Of a stretch of DNA of 52,969 bases, positions 1-11,582 are shown in pieces. The translations under genes were made by a program, and so were the position numbers. The notes beneath the pieces were generated by a model. That model did no database searches. It was not told the DNA's origin and saw nothing but the letters and a program-made list of their open reading frames with translations. Position 1 is the first letter of the stretch; each line of letters starts with the position of its first letter. This DNA comes from a virus (taxonomy: Duplodnaviria > Heunggongvirae > Uroviricota > Caudoviricetes): positions 1 to 52,969 of the IMG/VR virus record IMGVR_UViG_2718217885_000014; one strand, given 5' to 3'.

Positions 1-603
1 TCATGGATTTTTTTGACTGAAAGCGACAATGTAAGAACAACTCTGGCCGCTATCTGGGTTTCTCATTTGGTACTCGCTGGCAAAGGTAAGAGCAAGACAA
101 TCACCGGCTTGTAAATGCTGAGTCTGATGATTGACTCGAAAATCAAGGCTGCCGCTTAACATCCATAGAGTTTGTCCAGAAAGATGCTCATTTGCAGAGG
201 CAGGGATAGTCAATTGCCCCATAGGGGGGATTTCAACTTTTATTAGTTCCGGACATGCACCCGCTGGGGACAAAGACCAGCGGGTAATGCCTGTTTCTTC
301 ATCAATCCAATGTTGTTGCTGGTCAGTCAAAAGTACAAGTGAATTCTGTTGCATCTCAAGCTCTGCAAAAAGCTTTGATAGCGTAATATTCAGTGCATTA
401 GCTAACCGACTAAGTATTGTTGCACTGGGGCTTGAAGTGCCTCGTTCAACTTTGCTGATCATCGCCTGACTGACACCAGATCGTTGGGCAAGCTCTGTAA
501 CAGTCAAGTTTCGAGACTTTCTGAGCTTGAGTAACAAACGTGCAATATCGCTATCGACTATCTGATTTTTAGCTCTTTTATCCATTCTTCTCCCCTCTTT
601 CAC
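1..603 (-). CDS. XRE-family HTH transcriptional regulator with C-terminal cupin-like domain
   Basis: 200-aa ORF; N-terminal HTH resembling XRE/Cro family (LTVTELAQRSGVSQAMISKVERG); C-terminal half cupin-like. TGA stop at 1-3. Confidence 0.65.
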   Translation of the reverse strand: MKEGRRMDKRAKNQIVDSDIARLLLKLRKSRNLTVTELAQRSGVSQAMISKVERGTSSPSATILSRLANALNITLSKLFAELEMQQNSLVLLTDQQQHWIDEETGITRWSLSPAGACPELIKVEIPPMGQLTIPASANEHLSGQTLWMLSGSLDFRVNHQTQHLQAGDCLALTFASEYQMRNPDSGQSCSYIVAFSQKNP

Positions 604-1083
604 CGACCTGATTATGCCATTACATAAATTGCGATTAAATAAATGATTTTACACGTCTCAAATGCATTTTTTCTATACGTTATAGCTTTAGAGTAAGAGC
701 TGGTAACTTCAACTTCCGTATTTGGCACATAACAGTCCTGGATACAGTGACGCACAGTTTCTTTACAAAAACATAGCTACATAGAGGTTGATCATCGTGT
801 CAAATGTACTGTAGAAATACCTACAATAATATTTTTTTTGCTAATATGCGTATAAATGAATAACTATAGACAGATAAAAATATTAGCAAAAATAAAATTT
901 CCAGCACATTAAACCACAACAATAATACAACACTTGGCAAGTTGACCATAAAGAATGAATAAAACGAAACAATAATTCAAACTTAAACAAACTATAAACA
1001 GTTAAACAATATACAATTGACTCATTAAGTTAGATATAAAAAATACATATTCAATCATTAAAACGATTGAATGGAGACCTTTT

Positions 1084-2037
1084 ATGCGGGCGAAACTTCT
1101 GGGAATAGTCCTGACAACCCCTATTGCGATCAGCTCTTTTGCTTCTACCGAGACTTTATCGTTTACTCCTGACAACATAAATGCGGACATTAGTCTTGGA
1201 AATCTGAGCGGAAAAACAAAAGAGCGTGTTTATCTAGCCGAAGAAGGAGGCCGAAAAGTCAGTCAACTCGACTGGAAATTCAATAACGCTGCAATTATTA
1301 AAGGTGCAATTAATTGGGATTTGATGCCCCAGATATCTATCGGGGCTGCTGGCTGGACAACTCTCGGCAGCCGAGGTGGCAATATGGTCGATCAGGACTG
1401 GATGGATTCCAGTAACCCCGGAACCTGGACGGATGAAAGTAGACACCCTGATACACAACTCAATTATGCCAACGAATTTGATCTGAATATCAAAGGCTGG
1501 CTCCTCAACGAACCCAATTACCGCCTGGGACTCATGGCCGGATATCAGGAAAGCCGTTATAGCTTTACAGCCAGAGGTGGTTCCTATATCTACAGTTCTG
1601 AGGAGGGATTCAGAGATGATATCGGCTCCTTCCCGAATGGAGAAAGAGCAATCGGCTACAAACAACGTTTTAAAATGCCATACATTGGCTTGACTGGAAG
1701 TTATCGTTATGAAGATTTTGAGCTAGGTGGCACATTTAAATACAGCGGCTGGGTGGAAGCATCTGATAACGATGAGCACTATGACCCAGGAAAAAGAATC
1801 ACTTATCGCAGCAAAGTCAAAGACCAAAATTACTATTCTGTTTCAGTCAATGCAGGTTATTACGTAACACCTAACGCAAAAGTTTATGTTGAAGGCGCAT
1901 GGAATCGGGTTACGAATAAAAAAGGTAATACTTCACTTTATGATCACAATGATAACACTTCAGACTACAGCAAAAATGGTGCAGGCATAGAAAACTATAA
2001 CTTCATCACTACTGCTGGTCTTAAGTACATTTTTTAA
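1084..2037 (+). CDS. ompT: outer membrane protease OmpT (omptin)
   Basis: 317-aa translation matches E. coli OmpT almost residue for residue from memory (MRAKLLGIVLTTPIAISSFASTETLSF...), including signal peptide. Confidence 0.95.
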   Translation: MRAKLLGIVLTTPIAISSFASTETLSFTPDNINADISLGNLSGKTKERVYLAEEGGRKVSQLDWKFNNAAIIKGAINWDLMPQISIGAAGWTTLGSRGGNMVDQDWMDSSNPGTWTDESRHPDTQLNYANEFDLNIKGWLLNEPNYRLGLMAGYQESRYSFTARGGSYIYSSEEGFRDDIGSFPNGERAIGYKQRFKMPYIGLTGSYRYEDFELGGTFKYSGWVEASDNDEHYDPGKRITYRSKVKDQNYYSVSVNAGYYVTPNAKVYVEGAWNRVTNKKGNTSLYDHNDNTSDYSKNGAGIENYNFITTAGLKYIF

Positions 2038-2223
2038 CGAAGTTAACCAGATTTTCTCCCGGGTGGTATTGTATAACCCCGGGGAATTTGTTTACAGTTA
2101 CAAGTAGACAATATCCACTAATTTTGTAAGCATTTAACCTATGTCATAACGTGTAATCTCTTACCGCAACACAAGACCTCAATATATTCAAATTTTATCT
2201 TTATTCCGATATTCAGAGACACA

Positions 2224-3708
2224 ATGCGAAAAATAATTACTCATTTCAAAGTTGTTTTAACGTTACTTCTACCAGTAACCGTATCTGCCCAGCAGATACA
2301 GTGGCAATCCTGTATGGCCAGTCAATTCAACCACTGGTTTGGTGAGGAAAAACCGTCTCCTGACTTACTATGTGGTTATTTGTCTGTTCCATTAAAATAT
2401 ACAGACACAGGCGGAGATGCTTCTTATGAAAAAAAATCACAAGTCAAACTAGCGTTGACAAAATTGCCGGCAAAAAGCAAGCATAAAGGAAGTATCCTGA
2501 TAATAAGTGGTGGTCCCGGGTTACCAGGCATAAATCCTTATATTAACTTTGACTGGCCAGTCACAAATCTTCGTGAGTCATGGGATATTATTGGATTTGA
2601 TCCTCGAGGCGTCGGACAGTCCACTCCGACAATAAACTGCCGGCAATCAGATACAGAGACTCAGGAAAACATAACCGGAAAGCAACAAGTATTAAATAAA
2701 ATTAATGCCTGTATCCATAATACCGGAGCCGAAGTCATTCGCCATATCGGCTCTAACGAGGCTGTATACGATATTGATCGTATTAGGCAAGCCTTGGGGG
2801 ATAAACAACTGACAGCCGTGGCGTATTCGTATGGAACTCAAATTGCAGCCTTATATGCAGAACGTTTTCCCTACAACGTAAGATCTATCGTTCTTGATGG
2901 AGTCGTCGATATCGATGACCTGGAGGACAACTTCACATGGCAACTCAAACAGGCACAGAGTTATCAGGAAACGTTTGATCGCTTTGCATCCTGGTGTGCG
3001 CGTACAAAAAGTTGCCCGCTTTCTTCAGACAGAGATAAGGCAATAACTCAGTTCCATGAGCTATTATCAAAATTACATCACAAACCTTTATTAGACAGTA
3101 AGGGAGAAAATATATCTTCAGATGAACTCATATCATTAACAACAGACCTTCTGCTATGGCGTTCATCATGGCCAACCCTTGCAACTGCCATACGCCAGTT
3201 CTCTCAGGGGATTGTCAGTAATGAAATTGAAACTGCGCTCAGTGCTCCGATAGCCTCAGAAGAGTCAAGCGATGCTTCGGGGGTAATCCTTTGTGTAGAT
3301 CAGGGGGATGAGCAATTAACACCAGAAGAGCGAAAATCCCGAAAAGACGCTCTTGCGAATGCCTTCCCGGCTATTAACTTTGACAATGGACGTTCCGATT
3401 CACCTGATTTTTGTGAATTATGGCCAATACATAGCGACCTGAACAAAACTCGCCTGAAAAATACTGTTCTGCCCTCTGGTTTACTGTTTGTAGCACACAA
3501 ATACGACCCAACAACGCCCTGGATTAATGCCCGTAAGATGGCAGAGAAATTTTCCAGCCCGTTACTAACAATAAATGGTGATGGGCATACATTAGCTCTC
3601 ACCGGAGTTAATTTATGTGTAGATAAAGCAGTTGTACATCACCTGATCACTCCACAAAAAATAGAAAATATATACTGCCCAGGAAATTCTGAAGCAGAAA
3701 TACAATAA
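2224..3708 (+). CDS. secreted alpha/beta hydrolase (peptidase S33-like)
   Basis: 494-aa ORF with N-terminal signal peptide (LLLPVTVSAQQ) and a GxSxG nucleophile elbow (AYSYGTQ); followed by a strong terminator. Confidence 0.65.
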   Translation: MRKIITHFKVVLTLLLPVTVSAQQIQWQSCMASQFNHWFGEEKPSPDLLCGYLSVPLKYTDTGGDASYEKKSQVKLALTKLPAKSKHKGSILIISGGPGLPGINPYINFDWPVTNLRESWDIIGFDPRGVGQSTPTINCRQSDTETQENITGKQQVLNKINACIHNTGAEVIRHIGSNEAVYDIDRIRQALGDKQLTAVAYSYGTQIAALYAERFPYNVRSIVLDGVVDIDDLEDNFTWQLKQAQSYQETFDRFASWCARTKSCPLSSDRDKAITQFHELLSKLHHKPLLDSKGENISSDELISLTTDLLLWRSSWPTLATAIRQFSQGIVSNEIETALSAPIASEESSDASGVILCVDQGDEQLTPEERKSRKDALANAFPAINFDNGRSDSPDFCELWPIHSDLNKTRLKNTVLPSGLLFVAHKYDPTTPWINARKMAEKFSSPLLTINGDGHTLALTGVNLCVDKAVVHHLITPQKIENIYCPGNSEAEIQ

Positions 3709-3729
3709 TTTCAAAATATTCCGCCATTT

Positions 3730-3780
3730 GCTCCCAATGCAAAACATATATTGCATTGGGAGCATATTCATATTTTTGTT
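3730..3780 (+). terminator. rho-independent terminator downstream of hydrolase gene
   Basis: Perfect 12-bp inverted repeat GCTCCCAATGCA / TGCATTGGGAGC at 3730-3741 and 3752-3763, followed by a T-run at 3772-3778. Confidence 0.55.
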
Positions 3781-3891
3781 CTTCTTGTATGAAATCGTCT
3801 CATGTACACGGCCCTTTTTTCGCCGAGAACTGATATTACTTTAATCAAAAGTTGACGTGTCAGATTCGAAGTAAATTTATAAAATATCAAA

Positions 3892-4128
3892 TCAATATAC
3901 ATTTTGCACCTTCGAGATAGTAATGGCTGTTACTGTAATATGAGTTACAAACAGCTTCATACCCAGAGCTACTGATGTATCAACACGATTCAACAATACC
4001 CGATATTTATTCCATGCCTCCAGCAACGATGTTTCTTCCTCCGTTGTGATTTCCAGGTCTACAGCATCCTGAAGTGGCGCAATATGCTCACTGGCTATCT
4101 GTATCACATAAAACTGCAACACCCGCAT
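3892..4128 (-). pseudogene. tail fibre assembly protein remnant (tfaX-like fragment)
   Basis: 78-aa ORF containing a motif remembered from Tfa-family proteins ([17 protein letters not shown]) but lacking the rest of a Tfa protein; lies just distal to the intact tfa. Confidence 0.35.
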
Positions 4129-4408
4129 TGCTGCCTGCAGCCCCCGAAAACATGACCGACATCATTAGGGTGAACATCGTCAGCCCCTGTATACAGCTGC
4201 CTGTTACTGCTGTTCACCACATCACGCATATCAACAAACGGGAGATTCAGCGTGGAGCAGCATTCCATTATGGCTACACGAACAGTATCAAGTTTCGCTG
4301 TATGACTCAGTGGTGTTGCCGGGCCAATTGTAACTTCGCGATTTTTTCTGGGCTAATTGACGTATAATTCTGGGCGGAAAGCGCGCCCAAAAAGCCCGGA
4401 ATTGACCG

Positions 4409-5002
4409 CTAATTATCGCTAATCACCATTTCCCTGATTGAACGCAAATCATCCAGATTATTCAGTTGTTCCTTCATCTCGCGCTGGCGTTCGTGGATTT
4501 TAAAGCCCTCCGTCACCATGGCCGCCATCATGGCATCGTTCAGCGCAATAAGTTTCTCCCTGGTCAGTACGACGTTGTTATTATCCGCATCAGTCCAGAA
4601 AAAACCCTCCGGAAGCAGTCCGGCCTGTGCTGTTGCAACCACGGGGGCAAGGCGTGACTGCGAGGTTTTTCCACCATCAAAACGACGGCCATCAAACGTG
4701 AAAATAAACTCAACGTTTTCCTGACTGTCGCGCCATGCCTCAATTTCCCGCTTTTTGGCATCCTTTGCCGCTGCAATAAGTTCCGGCGTGACGGTGAACG
4801 GGGCGATTTCGCCCCATTTCCCGCTTTGCAGCTCCTGCCAGATGTGCTGGCCTGTCGGGGCCATATCATCCTGTATGGCAGTATACAGGGCGAACTCCGT
4901 TTCACCTTCAAATAACACCTCGCAGTCAACCGCACCATTTTCAAGATAATGTGCGTTTCTGATACCTTTCACCGCTCTGATTTTCATGCCTGATTTCCTC
5001 AT
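4409..5002 (-). CDS. tfa: tail fibre assembly protein Tfa
   Basis: 197 aa; C-terminal region resembles lambda Tfa (REKLIALNDAMMAAMVTEG); immediately downstream of stf. Confidence 0.85.
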   Translation of the reverse strand: MRKSGMKIRAVKGIRNAHYLENGAVDCEVLFEGETEFALYTAIQDDMAPTGQHIWQELQSGKWGEIAPFTVTPELIAAAKDAKKREIEAWRDSQENVEFIFTFDGRRFDGGKTSQSRLAPVVATAQAGLLPEGFFWTDADNNNVVLTREKLIALNDAMMAAMVTEGFKIHERQREMKEQLNNLDDLRSIREMVISDN

Positions 5003-7098
5003 TACTCAATGCGTACAAAAAGACCGATAAAGCCACGCTGAGTACCATAATTGTTACCCAGGCCCGAAAGCGCCGTGTAACGACCGGGGAAGTTGTATTC
5101 ACCGGCACCGCCAATCACAACCTGCGGTGAGGATGCGTATGTCCCTGTATCACTAACCTGTGCACTCATGGCCAGAGGACCAAGACGGGAACCCGGCACA
5201 GTATCACCGAGTCCCAGAGAAGCATTTTCACCAAAACTTTCTCCCTGATATACCGCCATAATCGGCACACCGACGGCCGGGTATTGGTAATATGAGAACG
5301 GACCATTACCGGCGGTTGAGGACATCAGATATGCCAGGGAGTTGCCGTCATACACAATAAGGCTTGATGTTGCATTCCAGCTGTTACCACTGTAGCGATA
5401 ACGCATACAATGTATGCTGTGCTCATCCTCGTAATACTGGTTGTAGTACAGCAGCGTTTTGAATTTACGCGCCGTGTCTGATTCGTCGTTATCAGACGGT
5501 GACCACATCACATCAATGATACCGTTAAATTTCGTGGTCCCCTTCAGCAGCGTGGAGGAGTCCGCAATACTGACCGCATAACGCCCCGGGGTGACTGTCT
5601 GCAGCCATATAACGAAATCAGCCTGTCCGTTAAATGACAGAGCTTCGGCGCTGGTGAATGCCTGTCCAAACCCATACATCCCGGACAGGGCCAGCCTGCC
5701 CGGTGTGCGGTCACGGATATCACTCTGGGGTTCCATCGTCGCAGCCGCGCTCAGCTCAAGCTCCGTGCGCATGGCTTCAGCCGTGTCATGCGCCAGTAAT
5801 GCGCGGGCCTTCTCTGACAGCGGAGACAGTGAGGCATTCCCGTCTGTATTGAAGTACAGAAGATTATCTGCCCGTTGCGTCAGTGCGCTGATTGCCGTTA
5901 AGACGTCATTAAGCGGTTGTTTGCCTGCCAGCGCGTTTGTGATTGTCGTCGCAAAGTTCGGGTCATTGCCCAGCGCCGCTGCCAGTTCGTTCAGGGTGTC
6001 CAGAACTTCCGGTGATGAGCCAACCAGCGCAGCAAGCAGTTTGCGCACAAACGCTGCGTTCGCTGCTTCCAGACCGGCGGCATCATCCGGTGGGGTTGGG
6101 GTGGTTGGGGTGCCGGTGAAGGCCGGGCTGTCCAGTGGCGCTTTTGTTTTCGTTTCGTCCATGACGGCTTTGACAGCCTTTGGCGTGGCAGCCAGTTCCT
6201 CGCTGTCGTTGTCCGTATAACTACAGAGTTGCACCAGACCTTTTTCTGTCGTGCTGGCATTTGTTGCATTCAGGTCATCAACTATCTGCTGCGCCTCATC
6301 CCTGTACTGTTTCGCTTCCTGCGCATTGTCTGCACCTGCATCCTGGCTGGCTTTAGCCTGTCGGGCGTATTCGGCGGCACTGTTTTTGTGCCCCAGCGCA
6401 GCATTTGCCGACAGTTCTGAACTGGTCGCTGCTGATGATGCGGTATTATGATAAAGGCGGGCACGTTCGGCGGCATCGACTGATTCGTCCCGCGCTGTGC
6501 CTGATGTCTGTGCGCTGTTTTCAGCCTCACCCGCAAAACGTTCCGCATCATCACGGGCCGTTGCGGTTGTCGTCACATCCTGTGCCGTCTGCTGTGCGTT
6601 TCCGGCTGCAGCTTCGGCGCTCTGCTGTGTCTGATTTTTTAGCTCTTCTGCCTCATCCTTACTAACCGCCGCAGATGTTGCTGCATTGATTGCATCATCA
6701 GCAGCTGTTTCTGCTCTCTCCCTGTCACTGACCACCTGCTCAGACAAGCGAACAACGGTATTTACCATTTCCTCAAAACGCTTCATTACCTCAGGGCGTA
6801 AATCACCCTCCTTTGGTGCATCCAGAAAAGCATTCAGCGTATCCGGCTCATCTGTCGGTGCAACATAAATTTCCCCCGCCTTTACAGGAGGATGCCCTGA
6901 GCGGGACAAAAATACATCATAAAATCCCGGCTCAGCATTAATAGTATACCCGCCATCACTTCCCGTAAGACAGGTTGCCACAATATTAACCACAACTGTC
7001 GGACTGGTTCTTCTGGCACGCAATTCAATCGCACAGTTTACGACAGGCTCACCCGCTCCGTCCTTCAGGACACCTGAAATCTTTACTGCCATATTCAC
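5002..7098 (-). CDS. stf: side tail fibre protein Stf
   Basis: 698 aa; N-terminus MAVKISGVLKDG as in lambda Stf; Ala/Ser-rich repeat shaft; conserved motif ATPKAVKAVMDETKTKAPLDSPAFTGTPT. Confidence 0.85.
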   Translation of the reverse strand: MNMAVKISGVLKDGAGEPVVNCAIELRARRTSPTVVVNIVATCLTGSDGGYTINAEPGFYDVFLSRSGHPPVKAGEIYVAPTDEPDTLNAFLDAPKEGDLRPEVMKRFEEMVNTVVRLSEQVVSDRERAETAADDAINAATSAAVSKDEAEELKNQTQQSAEAAAGNAQQTAQDVTTTATARDDAERFAGEAENSAQTSGTARDESVDAAERARLYHNTASSAATSSELSANAALGHKNSAAEYARQAKASQDAGADNAQEAKQYRDEAQQIVDDLNATNASTTEKGLVQLCSYTDNDSEELAATPKAVKAVMDETKTKAPLDSPAFTGTPTTPTPPDDAAGLEAANAAFVRKLLAALVGSSPEVLDTLNELAAALGNDPNFATTITNALAGKQPLNDVLTAISALTQRADNLLYFNTDGNASLSPLSEKARALLAHDTAEAMRTELELSAAATMEPQSDIRDRTPGRLALSGMYGFGQAFTSAEALSFNGQADFVIWLQTVTPGRYAVSIADSSTLLKGTTKFNGIIDVMWSPSDNDESDTARKFKTLLYYNQYYEDEHSIHCMRYRYSGNSWNATSSLIVYDGNSLAYLMSSTAGNGPFSYYQYPAVGVPIMAVYQGESFGENASLGLGDTVPGSRLGPLAMSAQVSDTGTYASSPQVVIGGAGEYNFPGRYTALSGLGNNYGTQRGFIGLFVRIE

Positions 7099-7156
7099 CC
7101 CACAAAAAAGCCCGCCTGAACCGGCGGGCTGTCATAACACTGTGTTACCTGGCTAA

Positions 7157-7756
7157 TCAGAATTTATAACCGACACCCACGATGAAACCGTCAGTGCGCC
7201 AGTCGCCACTGCCGGAGCCTTCATAAGCAATATCAATGGCCACGGATTCGGTCGGGTTAAACTGCACGCCAGCTCCCCACGCCAGAGACGTGTTGCTGTG
7301 GCGACCGTCATCACTTCCGGTCAGCACATCGTGCGTTTTCCCCTTATTGTCAGTTACGCGGAGATAATCCCCGGAGAAAGTCGACACACGGCTGTAAGCC
7401 ACACCCGCCATCGCATACGCGCTGAACCATTCATTCACGCGCACAGACGGCCCCGCCATTACGCTGAACCAGCGGTTACGAACGGAATCTTCATGCCAGC
7501 GGGTATCACTGTAACGGGTCAGCTGGCGATTCTTGTCTCCTGCATAGCTGAATGACGTCACCAGCCCCAGCGTGTCCGTAAATTCATAACGGTATTTCAC
7601 GTTAATGCCCTTCAGGTCATCGTTTCCGGGCATATCAGTATGGGACTGAAGATACCCGCCGCTTAGTGTGGACTGATGCTCTGCTGCACTCGCTGGCGTA
7701 GCAGCGGCGATCTGCCAGACTACTGCGGACAAAATAACAGCACATAATTTACGCAT
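7157..7756 (-). CDS. lom: outer membrane protein Lom (Ail/Lom family)
   Basis: 199 aa with signal peptide and beta-barrel-like sequence ending in F; lambda position between J and stf. Confidence 0.9.
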   Translation of the reverse strand: MRKLCAVILSAVVWQIAAATPASAAEHQSTLSGGYLQSHTDMPGNDDLKGINVKYRYEFTDTLGLVTSFSYAGDKNRQLTRYSDTRWHEDSVRNRWFSVMAGPSVRVNEWFSAYAMAGVAYSRVSTFSGDYLRVTDNKGKTHDVLTGSDDGRHSNTSLAWGAGVQFNPTESVAIDIAYEGSGSGDWRTDGFIVGVGYKF

Positions 7757-7823
7757 AATTACCTCTCGCTTTTCTGCAATAAAAAAGGCGCCATTTCTGG
7801 CGCCCGTATATGGGTTATAAAAT

Positions 7824-10800
7824 TCAGCTGATACTGATGCCTGCGGTGGCTTTCTTCATCACCACAACCAGCAAATCGCTGATACTTGCTGTGGGATACC
7901 AGTCATTTACCAGCCATGATGACACCGAAAACTCCAGCGTCATGTGGCCGCGACCAGCTGGCATATCAATAACGCCACTGTAAATCAGCGTATTATCCAG
8001 CGCGGTACGGTTATAAATTTCAGCACCGTTTTTCCGTACTATCAGGCGGCATGACGAATAAATATCGTTATTCTCCCGCTCATGTTTAGCGCCGCTGAAT
8101 GCCACCGCCGGAATAACAATCTGCCGGTCAAACGGCTGATCGTCATAAACCCTGACGGTGATGGTCCCTGATGGCCACCGTTCCGGTGCACGGGAGTCCC
8201 GGGGGAAAGCTTTGCCCACTGTTTTAACGAGATCGCCTTCAATCTGGTTGGCGGACAGTTTTCCCAGAACCCGACAGTTCTCGTTAATCGTGACGTTGTT
8301 GAGCGTCCCGGAGTTCGCATTCACGTTACCGCTGATATCGGCATTTTTCGCCGTCAGCCGCCCGTCCGGTGTCAGGGAAAATACCGGCGGATTGCCGCCG
8401 CTGGTAATGGTGGGAGCCGTCAGGCGTTTCAGGAACACGTCGTTCATGAATATCTGATCGCCCTGACCAACAAACATCGGCTTTGTGTTGCCATTCGCAG
8501 GATTAATCATCGCAATCCTGTCTGCCGCCAGCAGCACCTGGCTCTGCATGCCGTCAGGGGTGTTCTCAATACCGGCACCGATACCCGCAATATAAAGGCG
8601 ACCATCCTGCATCTGCTGCAGTTTCACGGCCCACATACTGTTCAGGTTATTACTGGTGTCCGTCTGAACCTTTTGTATCTGCTGGATGGTGGCCTCCTGA
8701 TCTCCCAGCTTCTGGTCCGTTGTCGTCATGATTTCACTGCTTTTTTGATCCACATACTGGCGAACCTGCGCTATCTGGCGTGCATTCTCCTCATTACTCT
8801 GACTGACCGTCTGCGTGAGTTCGCTGCTGACGTTATCCACTCTCTGGCTCACCTGTGATATACCCAGTGACAGCTCATCATTTTTTTTCGCAACCAGCTG
8901 TGTGAGGCTGTTTTCTGTCTCCCCGATTTTTTGGGTCACTTCAGCAATATCACTCTCTATCTGCTGATTGATCTCATCCTCCAGTTGCTCAACTTCACTG
9001 CGCAATGCCGAGGCATTAATACGATCGTTCAGCTCCTGCCCCAGCAGGGTGCTGTTTATTTTCCCTTCAAAAAAATTGAGATACACCTCAGCATCATTAA
9101 CCGGCCGGCCGACAGCTTCCACAAACGCTGATTTACCGACGATGTTCACACTGCGGATATAAAAGTAATAATCATGGCCCGGCCTGATATTAATACTGGC
9201 AGCTATCCAGTACAGCGCCGTGCCAAGATAGCGGGCTGTGGTTTCAACCTGCCTGATATCAGCAATCCGTTTTTCCGAGAACCAGAACTCAAACTGTACC
9301 GTCGGGTCATACACCGCAAGACGCGGGACTGCCGTTATCTGAAAATACCCCGGTATCAGTTCAATAGTGACAGGCGCTGCCGGTGCCGCAATCCGGAACG
9401 ATACCGACGCCGGATCACCCTGCTGCCCCCGGGCATTTACAGCCCGGACCGTCAGCATATAACGCCCCAGCGCCAGTTGTCTGAAGCGGTATGTGGTTTC
9501 CGTCGTCCGGGCTGTGCTGACCAGCCGCTCACTGCCGTCGTCCGCTGCCACGGTCAGGCGAAGCATGAAGCTCACGCCCTTCACCACCTTCGGCGTGTCC
9601 CAGCGGGCCAGTACCTGATACTCCCCGCTGTCTGCGGTGACTTCGGCGGTAAGGTGCTGCACCGCTGGCGGTGTGACACCATTCACCGTGCCGCTCTGGT
9701 CGCCGTCAAAGTGCGCCCCGTTATCCACGATGGCTTCTTTTTCCGGTACATGCTGCACGGCAGTGATGGCATACGTGCCGTCGTCGTTCTCACGGATACT
9801 CACGCAGCGGAACAGGCGCTGGCGCAGCGTCGGCAGCTTCAGCCCCCACACGCTGTATTCGGCAACGCCGTCAGGAACACGGCTCACTTTCACCTTCATG
9901 CCGTCGGTGACGGACTGAACCTCCACGCTGACCGGATTGCCATTTCCGTCAACCAGGCTTATCAGCGTGGTGCCGGAGGATGGCAGCGTGATTTCACGGT
10001 CGAGCGTCAGCGTCCGGGTCTGGCTGTTCACCGCCAGCACACGACCACCGGTGCTGATACCGGCATAGTCATCATCACAGATTTCAATAACATCGCCCGG
10101 TACATGGCGAAGCCCTTCGGCACCCACGCTGAAGTCCACGGTCTGCGTTTCCAGCAGTTCCGTTTTAATCAGCCACAGCCCGGCGCGGTGCGCCTGCCCC
10201 CGGCTGGTACAGCCAAAGGCATCCATCTTCGTGACGTTACGACCGTAACGGGCAATGGCCTGCGTGTCCTCCACAAGCTCTGTTGCCGTCTCCCAGCCGT
10301 TGTCCGGGTCAATCCAGTTCACCTCAACGGCATTATGGCGGTCCTTCAGGGCGCTGAAGCTGTAGCGGAACGGCGCGCCATCATCCGGCATCACCACATT
10401 ACTGCGGTTATAGGTCCACACCTTATCTGATGGTCGGTCCTGCACGAACGTCAGCGTCTGCCCGTTCCATACCGGCATACAGCGCATCGCCGAGCAGAAA
10501 TCACTGAGCACATCCCACGCCTTGCGCTGTGTGGTCAGGTACGCATTACAGGTGATGCGCGGCTCCGTGCCGCCAAAACCGTCCGGCACCGACTGATCGC
10601 AATGCTGGCCGATGACATACAGCGCCCATTTGTCCACATCCGCCGCACCAAGACGTTTCCCCATGCCGTAGCGCGGATGGGTCAGCATATCCCACAGACA
10701 CCAGGCCGGGTTGTTGCTGTATGCCGGCTTAAACGTTCCGTCCCAGATACCGCTGTATTGCCGCGTCTGCGGGTTATAGTTCGACGGCACCTGCAGAATG

Positions 10801-11522
10801 CGCCCGCGCAGATGATAATTACGGCTCACCTGCTGGCTGCCGAACTGCTCCGAATCCACCTGCACGCCGACCAGTGCCGTGTTCGGGTAGCACTGTTTCA
10901 CATCGATGATTTCAGTGTATGACGACCAGAGCGTTTTGTTCTGCAGCTGGTCTGTGGTGCTGTCCGGCGTCATCCTGCGCATCCGTATATTGAACGGGCG
11001 CGGCGGCAGGTTACCCACCACCACCGAGGCCAGATACTGCGAGGTGGTTTTGCCCTTAATGGTGATGTCTTTTTCCGTCACCCAGCCACCATTACGCTGG
11101 ATCTGAACCAGCAGGCGGACTTCCGACGGATTCCGGTCCCCCTTTGAGGTGGTTTCCACCAGTGCCTGCACACCGAAGGTAAAGCGCAGACGGTCAATGT
11201 TTGCAGATGTGATGGTCCGGGTGATCGGCGTGTCGTATTTCACTTCCGTACCCAGCACCGTCTCGGAACCGGAGGATTCAAATCCCTCCGGCGGTGCCTG
11301 CTCCTGCTCACCTGCCCGGAACACGACCGTGACACCGGAGATGTTGGTATTCCCCTCAGTGTCCAGCACCGGCGTACTGTTCAGCAGCACGCTTTTTAAT
11401 CCATCCACCGGACCTTCAATCGGCCCTTCGCTGATGGCATCAATCACACTCAGTAACTGCGTGGACTTCAGGTTGTCCTTCGCTTCGCGCGGGGTATGCC
11501 CCTTACTGCTGCCTTTACCCAT
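7824..11522 (-). CDS. J: tail tip host-specificity protein J
   Basis: 1232 aa; N-terminus [45 protein letters not shown] matches lambda J; lambda gene order. Confidence 0.95.
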   Translation of the reverse strand: MGKGSSKGHTPREAKDNLKSTQLLSVIDAISEGPIEGPVDGLKSVLLNSTPVLDTEGNTNISGVTVVFRAGEQEQAPPEGFESSGSETVLGTEVKYDTPITRTITSANIDRLRFTFGVQALVETTSKGDRNPSEVRLLVQIQRNGGWVTEKDITIKGKTTSQYLASVVVGNLPPRPFNIRMRRMTPDSTTDQLQNKTLWSSYTEIIDVKQCYPNTALVGVQVDSEQFGSQQVSRNYHLRGRILQVPSNYNPQTRQYSGIWDGTFKPAYSNNPAWCLWDMLTHPRYGMGKRLGAADVDKWALYVIGQHCDQSVPDGFGGTEPRITCNAYLTTQRKAWDVLSDFCSAMRCMPVWNGQTLTFVQDRPSDKVWTYNRSNVVMPDDGAPFRYSFSALKDRHNAVEVNWIDPDNGWETATELVEDTQAIARYGRNVTKMDAFGCTSRGQAHRAGLWLIKTELLETQTVDFSVGAEGLRHVPGDVIEICDDDYAGISTGGRVLAVNSQTRTLTLDREITLPSSGTTLISLVDGNGNPVSVEVQSVTDGMKVKVSRVPDGVAEYSVWGLKLPTLRQRLFRCVSIRENDDGTYAITAVQHVPEKEAIVDNGAHFDGDQSGTVNGVTPPAVQHLTAEVTADSGEYQVLARWDTPKVVKGVSFMLRLTVAADDGSERLVSTARTTETTYRFRQLALGRYMLTVRAVNARGQQGDPASVSFRIAAPAAPVTIELIPGYFQITAVPRLAVYDPTVQFEFWFSEKRIADIRQVETTARYLGTALYWIAASINIRPGHDYYFYIRSVNIVGKSAFVEAVGRPVNDAEVYLNFFEGKINSTLLGQELNDRINASALRSEVEQLEDEINQQIESDIAEVTQKIGETENSLTQLVAKKNDELSLGISQVSQRVDNVSSELTQTVSQSNEENARQIAQVRQYVDQKSSEIMTTTDQKLGDQEATIQQIQKVQTDTSNNLNSMWAVKLQQMQDGRLYIAGIGAGIENTPDGMQSQVLLAADRIAMINPANGNTKPMFVGQGDQIFMNDVFLKRLTAPTITSGGNPPVFSLTPDGRLTAKNADISGNVNANSGTLNNVTINENCRVLGKLSANQIEGDLVKTVGKAFPRDSRAPERWPSGTITVRVYDDQPFDRQIVIPAVAFSGAKHERENNDIYSSCRLIVRKNGAEIYNRTALDNTLIYSGVIDMPAGRGHMTLEFSVSSWLVNDWYPTASISDLLVVVMKKATAGISIS

Positions 11523-11582
11523 TCCTCACGCTCCATAAACGACAAAACCGCCCGCAGGCGGTTTCACATAAAACATTTTGCA

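Noticed and set aside
1002-1190. 62-aa minus-strand ORF overlapping the ompT start
   Set aside because: Overlaps the ompT signal-peptide region on the opposite strand in AT-rich promoter DNA; no support.
3709-4408. Search for an attL core (3' end of thrW) between the Tfa remnant and the hydrolase
   Set aside because: No match to the thrW 3' sequence seen by eye; the only strong structure is the hydrolase terminator. Boundary remains undetermined.
9174-10430. 418-aa plus-strand ORF (and several shorter ones) inside the J gene
   Set aside because: Lies antisense within a well-supported gene; Arg/Pro/His-rich low-complexity translation typical of GC-rich antisense frames.
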